Below, piece by piece: positions 13,096 to 25,280 of a stretch of 64,000 bases of DNA; position 1 is the stretch's first letter; each line of letters opens with the position of its first letter. The translations under genes were made by a program, and so were the position numbers. The notes under the pieces are model-generated. The model ran no database searches. It had not been told where the DNA came from and was given only the letters and a program-made list of their open reading frames with translations. This DNA is from Ostrea edulis (Eukaryota): the NCBI RefSeq assembly GCF_947568905.1, contig NC_079169.1:11098001-11162000 (forward strand), given 5' to 3'.

Positions 13096-14795
13096 CATGC
13101 ATGTTTTTAAAGTGTGTGTATATACTGTACATGTGCATATAGAAAAAACTTCATGTAGAAGAATCTTTCAGTTGTATGTGTATTTTTTATTTATTAAATA
13201 TATTATTTTTACAATTTATCATTTCGTTAATCACTAGGTTTGGTTGTCTGACACAGCCATGAAGACAGGTATCCAACAAAAGATGCTCTGATCACTGTTG
13301 TACCGTAATGTTCTATTATTCTTTCAAAAATCAATGTACAAATTCACAGCTGTCATGGTCTATTCTTTTTATTTCAAAACTGTTTTATAACCAAAGTCAA
13401 TACAATTGCTAGTATTTTGTGAATTGTATACGTTATTTCTAAAACAAGACAACCACAAACCTCGAATATATATGCTTCATGTATGTGTGGGTCTGATGTC
13501 TTATAAGGAAGTCATTACGATACATCTTTTCGTCCCAGTTTTTATTGGGGGTTGGGGTGTTCCTCCCTTTACTAGTAACTGCCCACTATGTTACCGTCAC
13601 TTTAGTGTAGCCTTTCCTTCGTTTATTTCACTCTCTATCAATTCCTCCACATGTCGCATGATTTTTTCGTGAAATCTCTCTTCACGCAAGAAGAGAAATA
13701 ATTTTGAGGGTTTGAAATGTTTCTCTAAGAAGCGTTTCTTATCCTTTGTGTTCATAATGTACGCGGCTTTTGTCTAGCATCATCGTCACTTATTCCCTTT
13801 TCCGAGTGCATTGTTTACAGCTTCAACCATTTCTTGCTTATCTCCATTTGGGATTCAAAGACCTCGCGCTGTCGAATGGCTTCCGTCATCACTAGTACTG
13901 TCATAATTCATGGACTCCTCGAATTAAGGTATCCGTCCTTTGGTCTGAAGTTTATGTTCATCGTCCTCTTTCTTTCTTTTATCATCATCTGGATACAAAT
14001 GTCCCATTGCTTGTGTGCCACAGTTAATTGTACACCTTCTGTAAGACATTTCTTCTGGTTTCCGTTTTTGTGGCAACATATTTTTGAGGCTAAGTACCCA
14101 TGTTCTCGCGTAATAGGTATAATTCATAAGACAAGTCTAGAAACTCTCGTGTAAAGTGGAAAAAGACTAGTAAAAATCAGAAAGGTGGAGACATGGCCGG
14201 CTAAAAATGTCTAATCTAGCGATTTTTGGCTGTCGGAAAACAATTGAGAAACCAAAGTACTGCTGCCAGTCAATAACATTTTAAAACAGTAATAAGTGCA
14301 TGTAGCTAGTTTCATTTTAGTGGAATCCTTATTGTTATATACATGTATAGAACTCGGTGGAACGCGATCCCGGAAACGTTCTTGTGGTGACTGACCATGA
14401 ACAGTTCGATGACCAATACGAGAATTGGAGGCGGTAGCCATGACGGGGTTGTGTGAAGTATATTACATTGCGCAGCTAAGGCATGAGCGGGGTTCGAACT
14501 TGCAACCTCCCGGTCACGAACCACTGCTACCGGTGAAGGGAATCGCCAGTCGGTGAGAGGTAGAATGGTTAAAACTGGAGGACCAATGTGCGCGATTCTT
14601 AGAAAATCATTAATAGGGAAGTATGCTTACATTTACTGCTTGCTGAAATGTTTAAAGAAATGTCTTTTAAGGTTTATGATTAATGCTCTCTTGGGAACAC
14701 TACAAAAATGACACCGAGGAAAGTCGGTAAATCAACTGATACCTCCATTGGCATAATACTTGGTATAAAAAACTAGCCATGCACAATATCAACAA

Positions 14796-16468
14796 CTGTC
14801 TGAAGTAGTTAATTCATTCGACTGTCAAACTTTACTCACTGGCTGAAGTAGTTAATTCATTCGACTGTCAAACTTTATTCACTGTCTGAAGTAGTTAATT
14901 CATACGACTGTCAAACTTTATTCACTGTCTGAAGTAGTTAATTCATTCGACTGTCAAACTTTACTCACTGCCTGAAGTAGTTAATTCATTCGACTGTCAA
15001 ACTTTACTCACTGCCTGAAGTAGTTAATTCATTCGACTGTCAAACTTTATTCACTGTCTGAAGTAGTTAATTCATTCGACTGTCAAACTTTACTCACTGC
15101 CTGAAGTAGTTAATTCATTCGACTGTCAAACTTTACTCACTGCCTGAAGTAGTTAATTCATTCGACTGTCAAACTTTACTCACTGTCTGAAGTAGTTAAT
15201 TCATTCGACTGTCAAACTTTATTCACTGTCTGAAGTAGTTAATTCATTCGACTGTCAAACTTTACTCACTGTCTGAAGTAGTTAATTCATTCGACTGTCA
15301 AACTTTATTCACTGTCTGAAGTAGTTAATTCATTCGACTGTCAAACTTTATTCACTGTCTGAAGTAGTTAATTCATACGACTGTCAAACTTTATTCACTG
15401 TCTGAAGTAGTTAATTCATACGACTGTCAAACTTTATTCACTGTCTGAAGTAGTTAATTCATTCGACTGTCAAACTTTACTCACTGCCTGAAGTAGTTAA
15501 TTCATTCGACTGTCAAACTTTACTCACTGCCTGAAGTAGTTAATTCATTCGACTGTCAAACTTTATTCACTGTCTGAAGTAGTTAATTCATTCGACTGTC
15601 AAACTTTACTCACTGCCTGAAGTAGTTAATTCATTCGACTGTCAAACTTTACTCACTGCCTGAAGTAGTTAATTCATTCGACTGTCAAACTTTATTCACT
15701 GTCTGAAGTAGTTAATTCATACGACTGTCAAACTTTATTCACTGTCTGAAGTAGTTAATTCATTCGACTGTCAAACTTTACTCACTGCCTGAAGTAGTTA
15801 ATTCATTCGACTGTCAAACTTTATTCACTGTCTGAAGTAGTTAATTCATTCGACTGTCAAACTTTACTCACTGTCTGAAGTAGTTAATTCATTCGACTGT
15901 CAAACTTTATTCACTGTCTGAAGTAGTTAATTCATTCGACTGTCAAACTTTACTCACTGTCTGAAGTAGTTAATTCATTCGACTGTCAAACTTTATTCAC
16001 TGTCTGAAGTAGTTAATTCATTCGACTGTCAAACTTTATTCACTGTCTGAAGTAGTTAATTCATACGACTGTCAAACTTTATTCACTGTCTGAAGTAGTT
16101 AATTCATTCGACTGTCAAACTTTATTCACTGTCTGAAGTAGTTAATTCATTCGACTGTCAAACTTTATTCACTGTCTGAAGTAGTTAATTCATTCGACTG
16201 TCAAACTTTATTCACTGTCTGAAGTAGTTAATTCATTTGACTGTCAAACTTTATTCATTGTCTGAAGTAGTTAATTCATTCGACTGTCAAACTTTACTCA
16301 CTGCCTGAAGTAGTTAATTCATTCGACTGTCAAACTTTACTCACTGTCTGAAGTAGTTAATTCATACGACTGTCAAACTTTACTCACTGTCTGAAGTAGT
16401 TAATTCATACGACTGTCAAACTTTACTCACTGCCTGAAGTAGTTAATTCATACGACTGTCAAACTCTA
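14796..16468. repeat. Minisatellite, 43-bp unit actgtctgaagtagttaattcattcgactgtcaaactttattc (~39 copies)
   Basis: Period read directly. Very homogeneous, with three main polymorphic positions. Confidence 0.97.
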
Positions 16469-16555
16469 TTCTCGGGCGATTGTCTTATATATGAGAAAAT
16501 AAAATCAGTCATAGTATTACTCATTACTTACTGTTCTACAACATCATCAACCTCA

Positions 16556-16889
16556 ATAAACCGGTCGCGATAGCTCAGTGGAAGAGTGTTCGCTTCGTAA
16601 CCGAGCGGTCGTGAGTTCAAACCCCGCTCGTGCCATGGCCGCGTCAAACCTAAGACGTTATTAACATAGGTGGTACTTAATTAATCCTTCGCCAAATGCT
16701 CAGCATTTAGATGTGAAAAACGGAGGTCATGTGTCGTGGTAGGCGTTGACACGTTATTTATAGGACCCTCGCTGCTATGACCTTGTGCATAGGTCTAAAT
16801 TAATTTTGTGGTACTGCATATACCTGGCACAGCTGGTGTCGTTTCAATATGAGTGAACAATTCTCGACGAGGCGTAAAACAATCAATCG
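16556..16889 (+). mobile_element. Full-length tRNA-derived SINE
   Basis: Head gcgatagctcagtgg...gagttcaaacccc (A/B boxes), unique body, (CAAT)n tail, flanked by direct repeat atcaacctca (16546-16555 / 16890-16899). Confidence 0.8.
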
Positions 16890-16929
16890 ATCAACCTCAT
16901 GACTCCGTGTGCATATTCTACAATATTAC

Positions 16930-17167
16930 TAATCCGAGATTCCTCTGACTCTTATCCCCGCTTTTATATTAATGTGACATCTGCGGGAACTAATCTGAGA
17001 TTCCTCTGACTCTTACCACCGCTTTTATATTAATGTGACATCTGCGGGGACAAAGCCGAGATTCCTCTGACTCTTATCCCCGATTTTATATTGTGATATG
17101 TGCGATGTCTGCCCTACAGATGTCGCACTATAAAAGCGGAGGTAACAGTCAGAGGAATCTCGGATTA
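16930..17167. mobile_element. MITE with 9-bp TSD (Mutator-like) and triplicated left arm
   Basis: TIR taatccgagattcctctgact / agtcagaggaatctcggatta. TSD caatattac at 16921-16929 and 17168-17176. The left ~60-bp unit is present three times. Confidence 0.8.
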
Positions 17168-17309
17168 CAATATTACAGGTACGTTTCATCATAACTTCCT
17201 ATACATGTTTTACAACATTACTTGCTTCATGGCTATCTAAGCACCATCTGATGCATTAGGACACGCACTTTCACTGCCAACAACACCAGACAGATCAGGA
17301 TTACAAATA

Positions 17310-18811
17310 CACCAGCGGAAAAAAGAAACGCAAGTTCGGTTTTGTAATAACTTATAGACACGTGGACGAAATTTAAATTTGACACTGATCGAGCTACCTC
17401 CGTGCACTGTAAAAATGTTCAGTTATAAAGTCAGCCGACCGTGACCCACTACACGCTGGATGCTTTCAGCAGATTTGTCAAGAAAGCGTGCATGCATACG
17501 CAGTACGTACTCCTGCACCATACGTGCTGGTAAATCATTACAAATCGACCATAATACGCAACATTTCTTTTCGAAACGATTGTAGAGCCAAATGCCGCGA
17601 TTGAATTTAAAAGTCGATTGGGGCAGGGTCATTGCTCTTATAATGCAGAGGAATTCACAACGTCTTGTAGCCCAGCAATATGGTGTACATGAGACAACAA
17701 AATCCCATTTGGTTGGGCGTCTCAGAACCTAAGGGAGATTGGATGACTGTTCCAGCTGAGCGGACCCCAGGGCATTACGTTGCGACGTCAAGATAGAGGC
17801 ATATACGTCTCCTGCACCTCTGCTACCGACTGAGACGACATGCCAAGTTGTTGGCACTCATGGTCGGCCAGTGTGTCCAAGAACGGTTAGGAATCAATTG
17901 CGGGAGTTTCATTTAAGGTCGGGACGTCCTTCTGTTGATCCGTCACTTACACAGAGGCGATGCTAATGTCGAAAGCAGTGGCTGCTTGCACATGCATCTA
18001 ATTGGTTTCGTATGCCCCATTGGAGACTCGTGTTGTTGACTGGCGAGTCTCGCTTCACGTTTTACAGGTCAGACGGACGACAACGCGTCTATCGACGCCG
18101 TGGTGAGCGATATTCTGACGCTTGCGTGACGGAAAGCGACAGGTTCGGGGGGAGGGTCTGTTATGGTTTGGGCAGGGATATCTCAAGGCATGAAAACACC
18201 TCCCGTGGTTATCCATGACAGTCTTACAGCAGTAACATATCAGGATCAGGTCTTGAGACTACACGTCCTTCATATTATCCATCAGCGTAACCTTGCGTTG
18301 CAGCAGATAACGGAAGGCCCCATGTTGCTAGGGTTTGTCGTGGTTCTCTGGCTCAAAACAACGCACCAGTTCTTGATTGGACACCATACAGTCCAGGTTA
18401 AGATTTGTCCCAAAGCGAGCATTGGGACGAGCTGGACAGGGGATCGAAGTAGGAAGAGCGTCGACGTCCCATACAACGTCGCTCAACTCACACAGGCCCT
18501 TATATTCAGGAGTGGAATAATATCACTTAAAGGCCAATAAACGCATTAAGCCGGGGTCAATGTTAGGGAGAGTAAGAGCAGCGACTGACGCCAGGAGTAG
18601 ACACACACGCTACTGATTGGGATCGGGAGCGGCGTAGGGTACCCTTGTTTTAACGCCATCCACACAAACGCCGTCTGTGAATAGGACAACAAAATCTTCA
18701 AAATGTATTCATTGATGATGAAATAATCGAGAAATCCAAGTAATGAACTAATCATCAATGAATCATAAAAAATCATCGAAAACAAACTTGCATTTCTTTT
18801 TTCCGTTCGTA
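17310..18811 (+). mobile_element. Decayed Tc1/mariner transposon
   Basis: Imperfect TIRs (cggaaaaaagaaacgcaagtt / aacttgcatttcttttttccg) with TA flanks. Frameshifted transposase pieces WRLVLLTGESRF..SDGRQRVYRRRGERY..C and VMVWAGIS are characteristic of Tc1 DD34E enzymes. Confidence 0.88.
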
Positions 18812-19464
18812 TATTTTTGTTTACTGGCAACCACCAGGGTGTTGTACTCCATCTACGTCATCCCGTGGAGGTTTGGCCTTGATCCATGTCGATTTCTCCT
18901 TTGTATTCTAGCCCACTTTCCAGTCACCCTCTAGATTTGCGTGTATCATGTGACACCTGAAAATGTCTGCCTTATTTTGTGAAGAATCAGCTCGACTCTA
19001 ATTTTGTATCTATTGATTAATGGCAATTAAATCGAGGTAACGGAAATGGAACTTTCTCTAGTTGCCTTAAAGGGGCTTGAACACGATTTGAGATGAAAAT
19101 TTATTTTATTTTCCTATATTTAATGTTTACAATTCTTAACCATATAAAGTATTTCTAATCGTCAGCAAAAAATTGAATGTCAGTTGTTGAGTTACAAGGG
19201 AGAAACAGTACTGACTCGCAATTCTTTGTTATATGACAAACACTAGAAACTGTTTGTGTCCAGAATTTATGGAGCGCCAAATTAACATAAACTCAAATAA
19301 TTGAAGATATCTTCAATTATTTGAAGATATCATCAATTCAATTATTGCTCTCTTTAATTGAATTAATGCGCGCATTAAATCAATTATTGCTCTCATCAAA
19401 TGAATTAATGCGCGCTTCAATTCAATTATTGCTCTCATCAATTGAATTAATGCGTGCATCAATA

Positions 19465-19957
19465 CGTCAGTTTCGAGATACGAACTCTTCTGTATAGGAG
19501 GTGCATTTAGTGGAACTTTTAATGCCTAAGTGGGACAGAGTGGATATACAGCCAACGAGGAAGACGATGAAATGTATTAAAAGCGGCTTCTCTTTAAATA
19601 TATAAATGTGGGAAATACTAAATACTATCGAAAGAAATGTTTTACCGAAGTGGAAACATACAAACAATGTCATATTTGCAAGAAATATCTTGGATATGGT
19701 ACTTATTACCAGCGAAATAACGTGATAGGATAAGAATTCTATGTATTTAATTATTCCCTAAATACTTATCACTTACTTTGTTTGTGTATCAATCGAATTC
19801 GGGTTATCAAACAGCGTGTGAAAAACTTACTGAGTACATTCACTTACGCTGTGATGAATATCTGTCCCACCCCCGCGTGTAAACAAATTCTTTCGCGCCT
19901 TACTATGTACGAGAGTTCTCCAAAGGGAAATAACTCGGACGTATCTCGAAACCGACG
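19465..19957. mobile_element. MITE nested in the foldback left arm
   Basis: TIR cgtcagtttcgagatacg / cgtatctcgaaaccgacg with TA on both sides. Confidence 0.75.
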
Positions 19958-20331
19958 TATTGAATTAATGAGAGCAAAAATAGATTTGAATTAATTCAAT
20001 TATTGCTCTCTTCAATTCAATTGATGAGAGTATTAATTTCGTAGAAATATTGCTCGCACTAATTAATTTCGAGCTCGGTATAAATGATTTGATGATCTCT
20101 TTAATTCAGTTGAAGATATCTTTAATTATTTACAATGCTTTTGTATAAGGAATTAATGCGCGCATCAATTCTTTTAAAGAGAGCAACAATTCAATTAAAG
20201 AGATCATTAATTCAATTGTGGATATGTTGAATTGAAGATATCTTTAATTATATAGTTGCTCTCTTCAAATGAATTAAAGATATCATTAATTCAATTGAAG
20301 AGAGCAATAATTGAATATATAATTTGCGAAA

Positions 20332-21342
20332 ATGTTGCGACGTACGAAACGCCCTTCCAAATCACCTTATGCCAGACCGGCACAACACCCTGCACTTCGT
20401 TCATTGCCCACACGGACTTCGACCCCTGCAATTATTGCCCAGACTCAACCCCGTTCGACAACCCAACCCCAAGTGGAGAACCAGATAGAGGACACGCCTC
20501 TCGCTCAACCACTAAGGCAGCCTCCCAGCCTCATCACGGAAGCAACTGTATCCACACAGCCACCAGCAGCACCTGAGACACCCTACATAACAGGTGAAAA
20601 TCCTCTTATAAGCATCACTGATGAGCTTGGGGTTCACGTCCCTCAAGCCATCAAAGATAAAATTTGGGCAAAACAATATGTTGATTTGTCAAAACTTCTC
20701 GATTCAGAATCAGAAAACGGCCATGATGCGCACAAATTTTCAATCATAGAGGGTCAATTAGTTGCAGAACCCAAGGTCAAACATATTAAAATTGCCACGA
20801 TCGATAACTGGATCGATGCGTTTTTAATATTCGCAAGTATATATCTCGCTAGGCACCCTTCCGACATCCAGGCCATCTTGAAATATATCCATACCATTCG
20901 CATGGCACATGGCCGCCAAACAAATTGTAACTGGCTCGAGTACGATAGGCAGTTCAGGCTAAAAATCTCAAAAAATCCCACTATCTCCTTTGGTTCCATT
21001 GATGCTGAGTTATGGCTCATGTATATGCAATCACAGGTCTCCTACTCATCAAATCACTCAAAAACTGCATTCAAGTGTTTCGATTATAATTTTAAAGGTT
21101 CATGCCTTAAACCACACTGCACATTCCAACATGTTTGTATGCACTGCAACAAGTCTCATCCCCGCATACACTGTTGGTCATTCAACTCTCCTCAATCCAA
21201 GTCTACTACCCCAACTCCCCCTCGTCCAAACACGGCTCAAAACTATCCCCCACAAAGTAACGATTTTCGAAATTACAAACCAAAACATTCTTTTCAACCA
21301 CAGCGGACGAGATTTAATCAACCTAGGTTCAACTCCAATTAA
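20332..21342 (+). CDS. Ngaro ORF1 (gag-like)
   Basis: 336 aa with IKDKIWAKQYVDLSKLL, IDNWIDAFLIFASIY, WLEYDRQFR and a C-terminal Cys/His knuckle CFDYN..C....C.F.H.C..C...H....C. Confidence 0.88.
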   Translation: MLRRTKRPSKSPYARPAQHPALRSLPTRTSTPAIIAQTQPRSTTQPQVENQIEDTPLAQPLRQPPSLITEATVSTQPPAAPETPYITGENPLISITDELGVHVPQAIKDKIWAKQYVDLSKLLDSESENGHDAHKFSIIEGQLVAEPKVKHIKIATIDNWIDAFLIFASIYLARHPSDIQAILKYIHTIRMAHGRQTNCNWLEYDRQFRLKISKNPTISFGSIDAELWLMYMQSQVSYSSNHSKTAFKCFDYNFKGSCLKPHCTFQHVCMHCNKSHPRIHCWSFNSPQSKSTTPTPPRPNTAQNYPPQSNDFRNYKPKHSFQPQRTRFNQPRFNSN

Positions 21343-22914
21343 GCGCCCAGTACTTGCGAAATATTTAGCACTATATCCAAATACCGAAGATGCCCAATTT
21401 TTGCTTAACGGTTTCTCTTTCGGATTTTATTTGAACTACTCGGGTCCTAGAGTTTACCTACATCCGAAAAACATCAAATCAGCAAGCGAGCATGCAAATC
21501 AGTTATTGACTATTATTGAAAAAGAAATCGCATTAGGACGTATAGCTGGACCTTTTTCCAACCCCCCTTTCCCCAATTTCCGTTGTAACGCTATAGGCGT
21601 TTTGCCTAAGAAAGACGGGGGTTGGAGGTTAATTTCAAATCTATCGGCACCTGTAGGTATTAGCGTTAATGAGCATATTGACCCCATTTTGTGTTCAGTT
21701 CACTATGCTTCATTCGACCAGGCAATTTCCTTAATACAAACCTCGGGTAAAGGGGCGTTACTTTGCAAGATGGACTTGTCTAGTGCATTCAGACTTTTGC
21801 CAATTCATCCATCAGATTTTGCTTTATTAGGCATGTGTATTCGAGACCAATATTACTTTGATATGTGTATGCCGTTTGGGTGTGCCATCGCTTGTTCAAC
21901 ATTCGAAAAATTTTCATCATTCCTCCATTGGCTAGTAGGCCGAAAGGCACTCAATCAAAATCTCACCCATTACCTTGACGATTTCTTGTTCGTTGGTAAA
22001 CAAAATACTTCACAATGTTTAGATATTGCCAATAATTTTCAGGCAACTTGTGAGGAATTAGGCGTTCCAATAAACCATAAAAAACACAAGGCCCGACCAC
22101 ACGATTGTGTTTTTTAGGTCTGGGAATCGATACGGTAGCACAGACCATTTTTATACCACACAATAAGATTAAAGAACTTCAGTCCAAACTTCATGCGTTA
22201 GTCGCTTTAAAAAAGGTTACCCTTAAAGAAATGCAATCATTATGCGGCTCCCTCAATTTCTTTGCTAAAGCCATTCCAGGCAGCAGGGCATTTAACCGCA
22301 GATTCTATAACTCCACCATTGGCATACGGAAACTTTACTTTCTAATCAAAGTTACACAAGCAATCAGAGACGACGCAAATGTTTGGCTCAATTTTCTCGA
22401 GCATTACAATGGGTATTCCCCCTTTCCAGAATTACATTGGTCTACTAACCAGGCCCTTAACCTCTTTACCGATAGTTGCGGATCCTACGGCGGAGGTGCA
22501 ATTTTTCAGAATCATTGGGCAGTAATTTCCTGGCCATCTTCATGGGGTAACGAGGTACGACGGGATATTACTTTTTTAGAGCTAGTTCCCATCTTATTAG
22601 CTATTTGGGTCTGGGCTGATCATTTTAAAGCAAAGAAATTGCTTATAAACACCGACAACATAGCTTTGGTACACATACTAAATTCTCAGTCTAGTAAGTC
22701 TCAGCGCGTCATGTCTCTCTTAAGGCCACTAATATTGTTATGCCTGAAGTACAACATCCAGATTAAATCCACTCATATATCGGGCTATAAAAATTCCATT
22801 GCAGACTCTATTTCTCGATTTCAGTGGGAAAAATTCAGGACCCTCGCTCCACATGCAGACAAGAATCCAGCCCTCATACCTCCGGCATTATTGACTCTTT
22901 TAGACCTCAAGTAG
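20990..22914 (+). CDS. Ngaro reverse transcriptase (to 22117) plus RNase H (22105-22914), split by a 1-nt frame break
   Basis: RT motifs KMDLSSAFRLLP, MPFG and YLDDF. RNase H motifs FTDS, LELVP, TDN and N..AD..SR. Frame break at the A6 run near 22079-22084. Confidence 0.9.
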
Positions 22915-23780
22915 ATTGTTTGCTTGACGCCGCCATAGCAAAAAACACAGCATCAACTTATCAAAAAGCCCTAAACTCTTTTCTGAACTTTCGTATCAAA
23001 TATAAATTGCAGTTATGTTGGCCCCCACCAGTTGACCAGTTTATTAACTATATTGCTTTCTTGAGTGCCAACAAAGTATCGTTTTCAACCGCTAGGTGTT
23101 ACCTAAGTGGCAATAGTTACAAAATTCAGTTAGAGGGCGGTATTGACAATACTAGGGCATTCATAGTAAGGAAAATGCTAGAGGGATTCCATAGGCTGAA
23201 CCCAGCAAAGGATACCCGTTCCCCTATCACTCTTCCTATACTGAACCAGTTAATACCTATCCTGCCTGTAGTTTGTTCAAGCTCATACGAAGCCACTATG
23301 TTTTCCACCGCTTTTCAGTTGGCATTTTTTGCATTGTTGCGGGTTGGCGAAATTACCTTCACTAGTCATGCCACTCCTACACTGTTGTACAATGACGTAT
23401 CAATAGGCGATGAACATATTTCGTTGTTTATAACTGGTTCAAAAACGGATCAATACAATAAGGGTTCTACTTTGCACATTCCACTGAACTCCCAAACAGA
23501 TTCATTGTTCAAGCACTTGCACAACTTTTTGTCCATTAGACCCCAATCACGTGGCCCATTTTTCTGCCACCTTAACGCCAAACCGCTCACTAGATATCAA
23601 TTTACATCATTATTGCACAGGTCTATTGAATTTATCGGTTTAGATACCTCTATTTTTAAGTCTCATTCATTCAGAATAGGTGGAACTACCCATTTGTTTT
23701 TACAAGGAATCCCCGAAGATGAAATTAAGGCTAGAGGCAGATGGAAATCTGACGCATTTAATTCCTATATCAGAGCCTAA
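22824..23780 (+). CDS. Ngaro tyrosine recombinase
   Basis: Catalytic residues all present: LRVGE (R), SKTDQ (K), HSFRIG (HxxR), GRWKS..F..YIR (W, Y). Confidence 0.92.
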   Translation: MGKIQDPRSTCRQESSPHTSGIIDSFRPQVDCLLDAAIAKNTASTYQKALNSFLNFRIKYKLQLCWPPPVDQFINYIAFLSANKVSFSTARCYLSGNSYKIQLEGGIDNTRAFIVRKMLEGFHRLNPAKDTRSPITLPILNQLIPILPVVCSSSYEATMFSTAFQLAFFALLRVGEITFTSHATPTLLYNDVSIGDEHISLFITGSKTDQYNKGSTLHIPLNSQTDSLFKHLHNFLSIRPQSRGPFFCHLNAKPLTRYQFTSLLHRSIEFIGLDTSIFKSHSFRIGGTTHLFLQGIPEDEIKARGRWKSDAFNSYIRA

Positions 23781-23842
23781 AGTTTAAATTTTTTAGTATA
23801 CCTGCAACATTTCGTGTTCTAATTGAATACCCAAGTTTGTAG

Positions 23843-24432
23843 GTTCCCGTACTACTGTCTGGATCATTGGCTCTTCCATTATTAATCATGCTGCCCGCCA
23901 CGCAGAAAAGCATTTCGGAAACCAGCATATGGATCTACTACAGCACAATATCTCAATTTTTTGGTCCGGTAAGAGCGGTATGGTGTGGGAGGAGGTGGAG
24001 CCAATAGTTAAAAGTATTGTTCAAAAAAGGGGCAAACCTGACGTTATATTAATTCATGGCGGGGGTAACAGTATTGGTACAATGCCCTTGGCTAGATTGC
24101 AAAAGTTCATGAAATTAACTTTTGCAAATTTACAAACTTTTCTTCCACAAACTCGATTCATATGGTCCCAAATTCTCCCCAGGCGTTACTATAGACATAT
24201 GTTCTCAAATATTGCAGCCGATAAAGCACGTAAGCGTATCAACAAATCTTTAGCGCCATTTGTAATAGCACGCAATGGCGCATACATAAAATACCCAGGA
24301 CTTCAACAATGTTCTTCCACGTTTTATAGAGACGGTACGCATTTGTCGGATATTGCTCAGGTTACGTTTTTAAACACCATCCGGGATGGATTGCTTAGCA
24401 TCATCCAAAGAAACGCTCGAATATTTCCTTAA
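23843..24432 (+). CDS. Ngaro SGNH/GDSL hydrolase ORF
   Basis: Block I WIIGSSI (upstream of the first ATG at 23929), block II GKSG, block III HGGGNS, block V DGTHL. Confidence 0.85.
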
Positions 24433-25142
24433 CCACACGGCTATTTGATAAGCAGTCTCCCTGTCATGGCTCGAGCAAAATTTTGCCCGCTCGTGGCGGA
24501 TGTCTTCATGTACGTAAATATTTCTCATACATACATGAAGACATTTGGCCGAATTTTGCTAAGCCTGCCACAGATTTTGTTTCATTCCAGGTCCGTGGCT
24601 AATAATTAGGCTTATTGACATTGCATGATTGATATTGATTGATTGACAAATTGAAATGATTGATTGATTGAAATGATTGATTGATATATTGATTGATTGA
24701 CACATTGGTGGAATGAAATATTGATTGATTGATTGAAAATATTGATTGATTGACACATTGGTGAATTGAAATATTGATTGATTGATTGACACATTGGTGG
24801 ATTGAAATATTGATTGATTGAAAATATTGAGTGAATTATTGATTGATTGACCGAAACATGGATGGACTATTGATGCTACAACATAACTATCCAAAAGTCG
24901 TTGTAGATCATGGATTTATACATACTGATGTTTTGTATTAATATGAACATTGTCGTTGAATTGAAAATACGTTTTTATTAAGTAAAGCCATGACAAAGAC
25001 TGCCAATACGTGTTATCGTTCTGTTCTATTGAAATAATGCGCGAATTAAATCAATTGTTGCTCTCATCAAATGAATTAATGCACGCATCAATTCAATTAT
25101 TGCTCTCTTCAATTGAATTGTAACGCGCATCAATTCAATTGT

Positions 25143-25280
25143 TGATGCAAGGTGAAGATAACGAACAGTGATCAATCTCATAACTCCTATAAGCAATACA
25201 AAATAGATAGTTAGACAAACACGGACCCCAGGACACACCAGAGGTGGGATCAGGTGCCTAGGAGGAGTAAGCATCCCCTG
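25143..25280 (-). mobile_element. Retroposon 3'-end fragment, same family as 12250-12384
   Basis: aaggtgaagataacgaacagtgatcaatctcataactcctataagcaatac is the near-exact reverse complement of the unit at 12247-12297. Confidence 0.65.

Larger units (their letters stand above)
20325..25025 (+). mobile_element. Tyrosine-recombinase retrotransposon (DIRS order, Ngaro-like, SGNH-bearing), 5' terminal repeat missing
   Basis: Overlapping gag, RT/RNase H and YR ORFs followed by an SGNH hydrolase ORF. This ORF order is established for Ngaro-type elements. Confidence 0.92.

Noticed and set aside
1401-16468. Regular 31- and 43-bp arrays as possible CRISPR arrays
   Set aside because: Units are head-to-tail with no unique spacers, there are no cas genes, and the context is eukaryotic and intronic.
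18826-18957. Possible minus-strand exon (CHMIHANLEGDWKVG*NTKEKSTWIKAKPP...)
   Set aside because: All three phases contain a stop and no family is recognisable. At best a pseudo-exon.
19075-19268. Left end of another TTAA-flanked Kolobok-like MITE hosting the foldback element
   Set aside because: ttaa-aggggcttgaacac looks like a left end, but I could not find a convincing matching right TIR.
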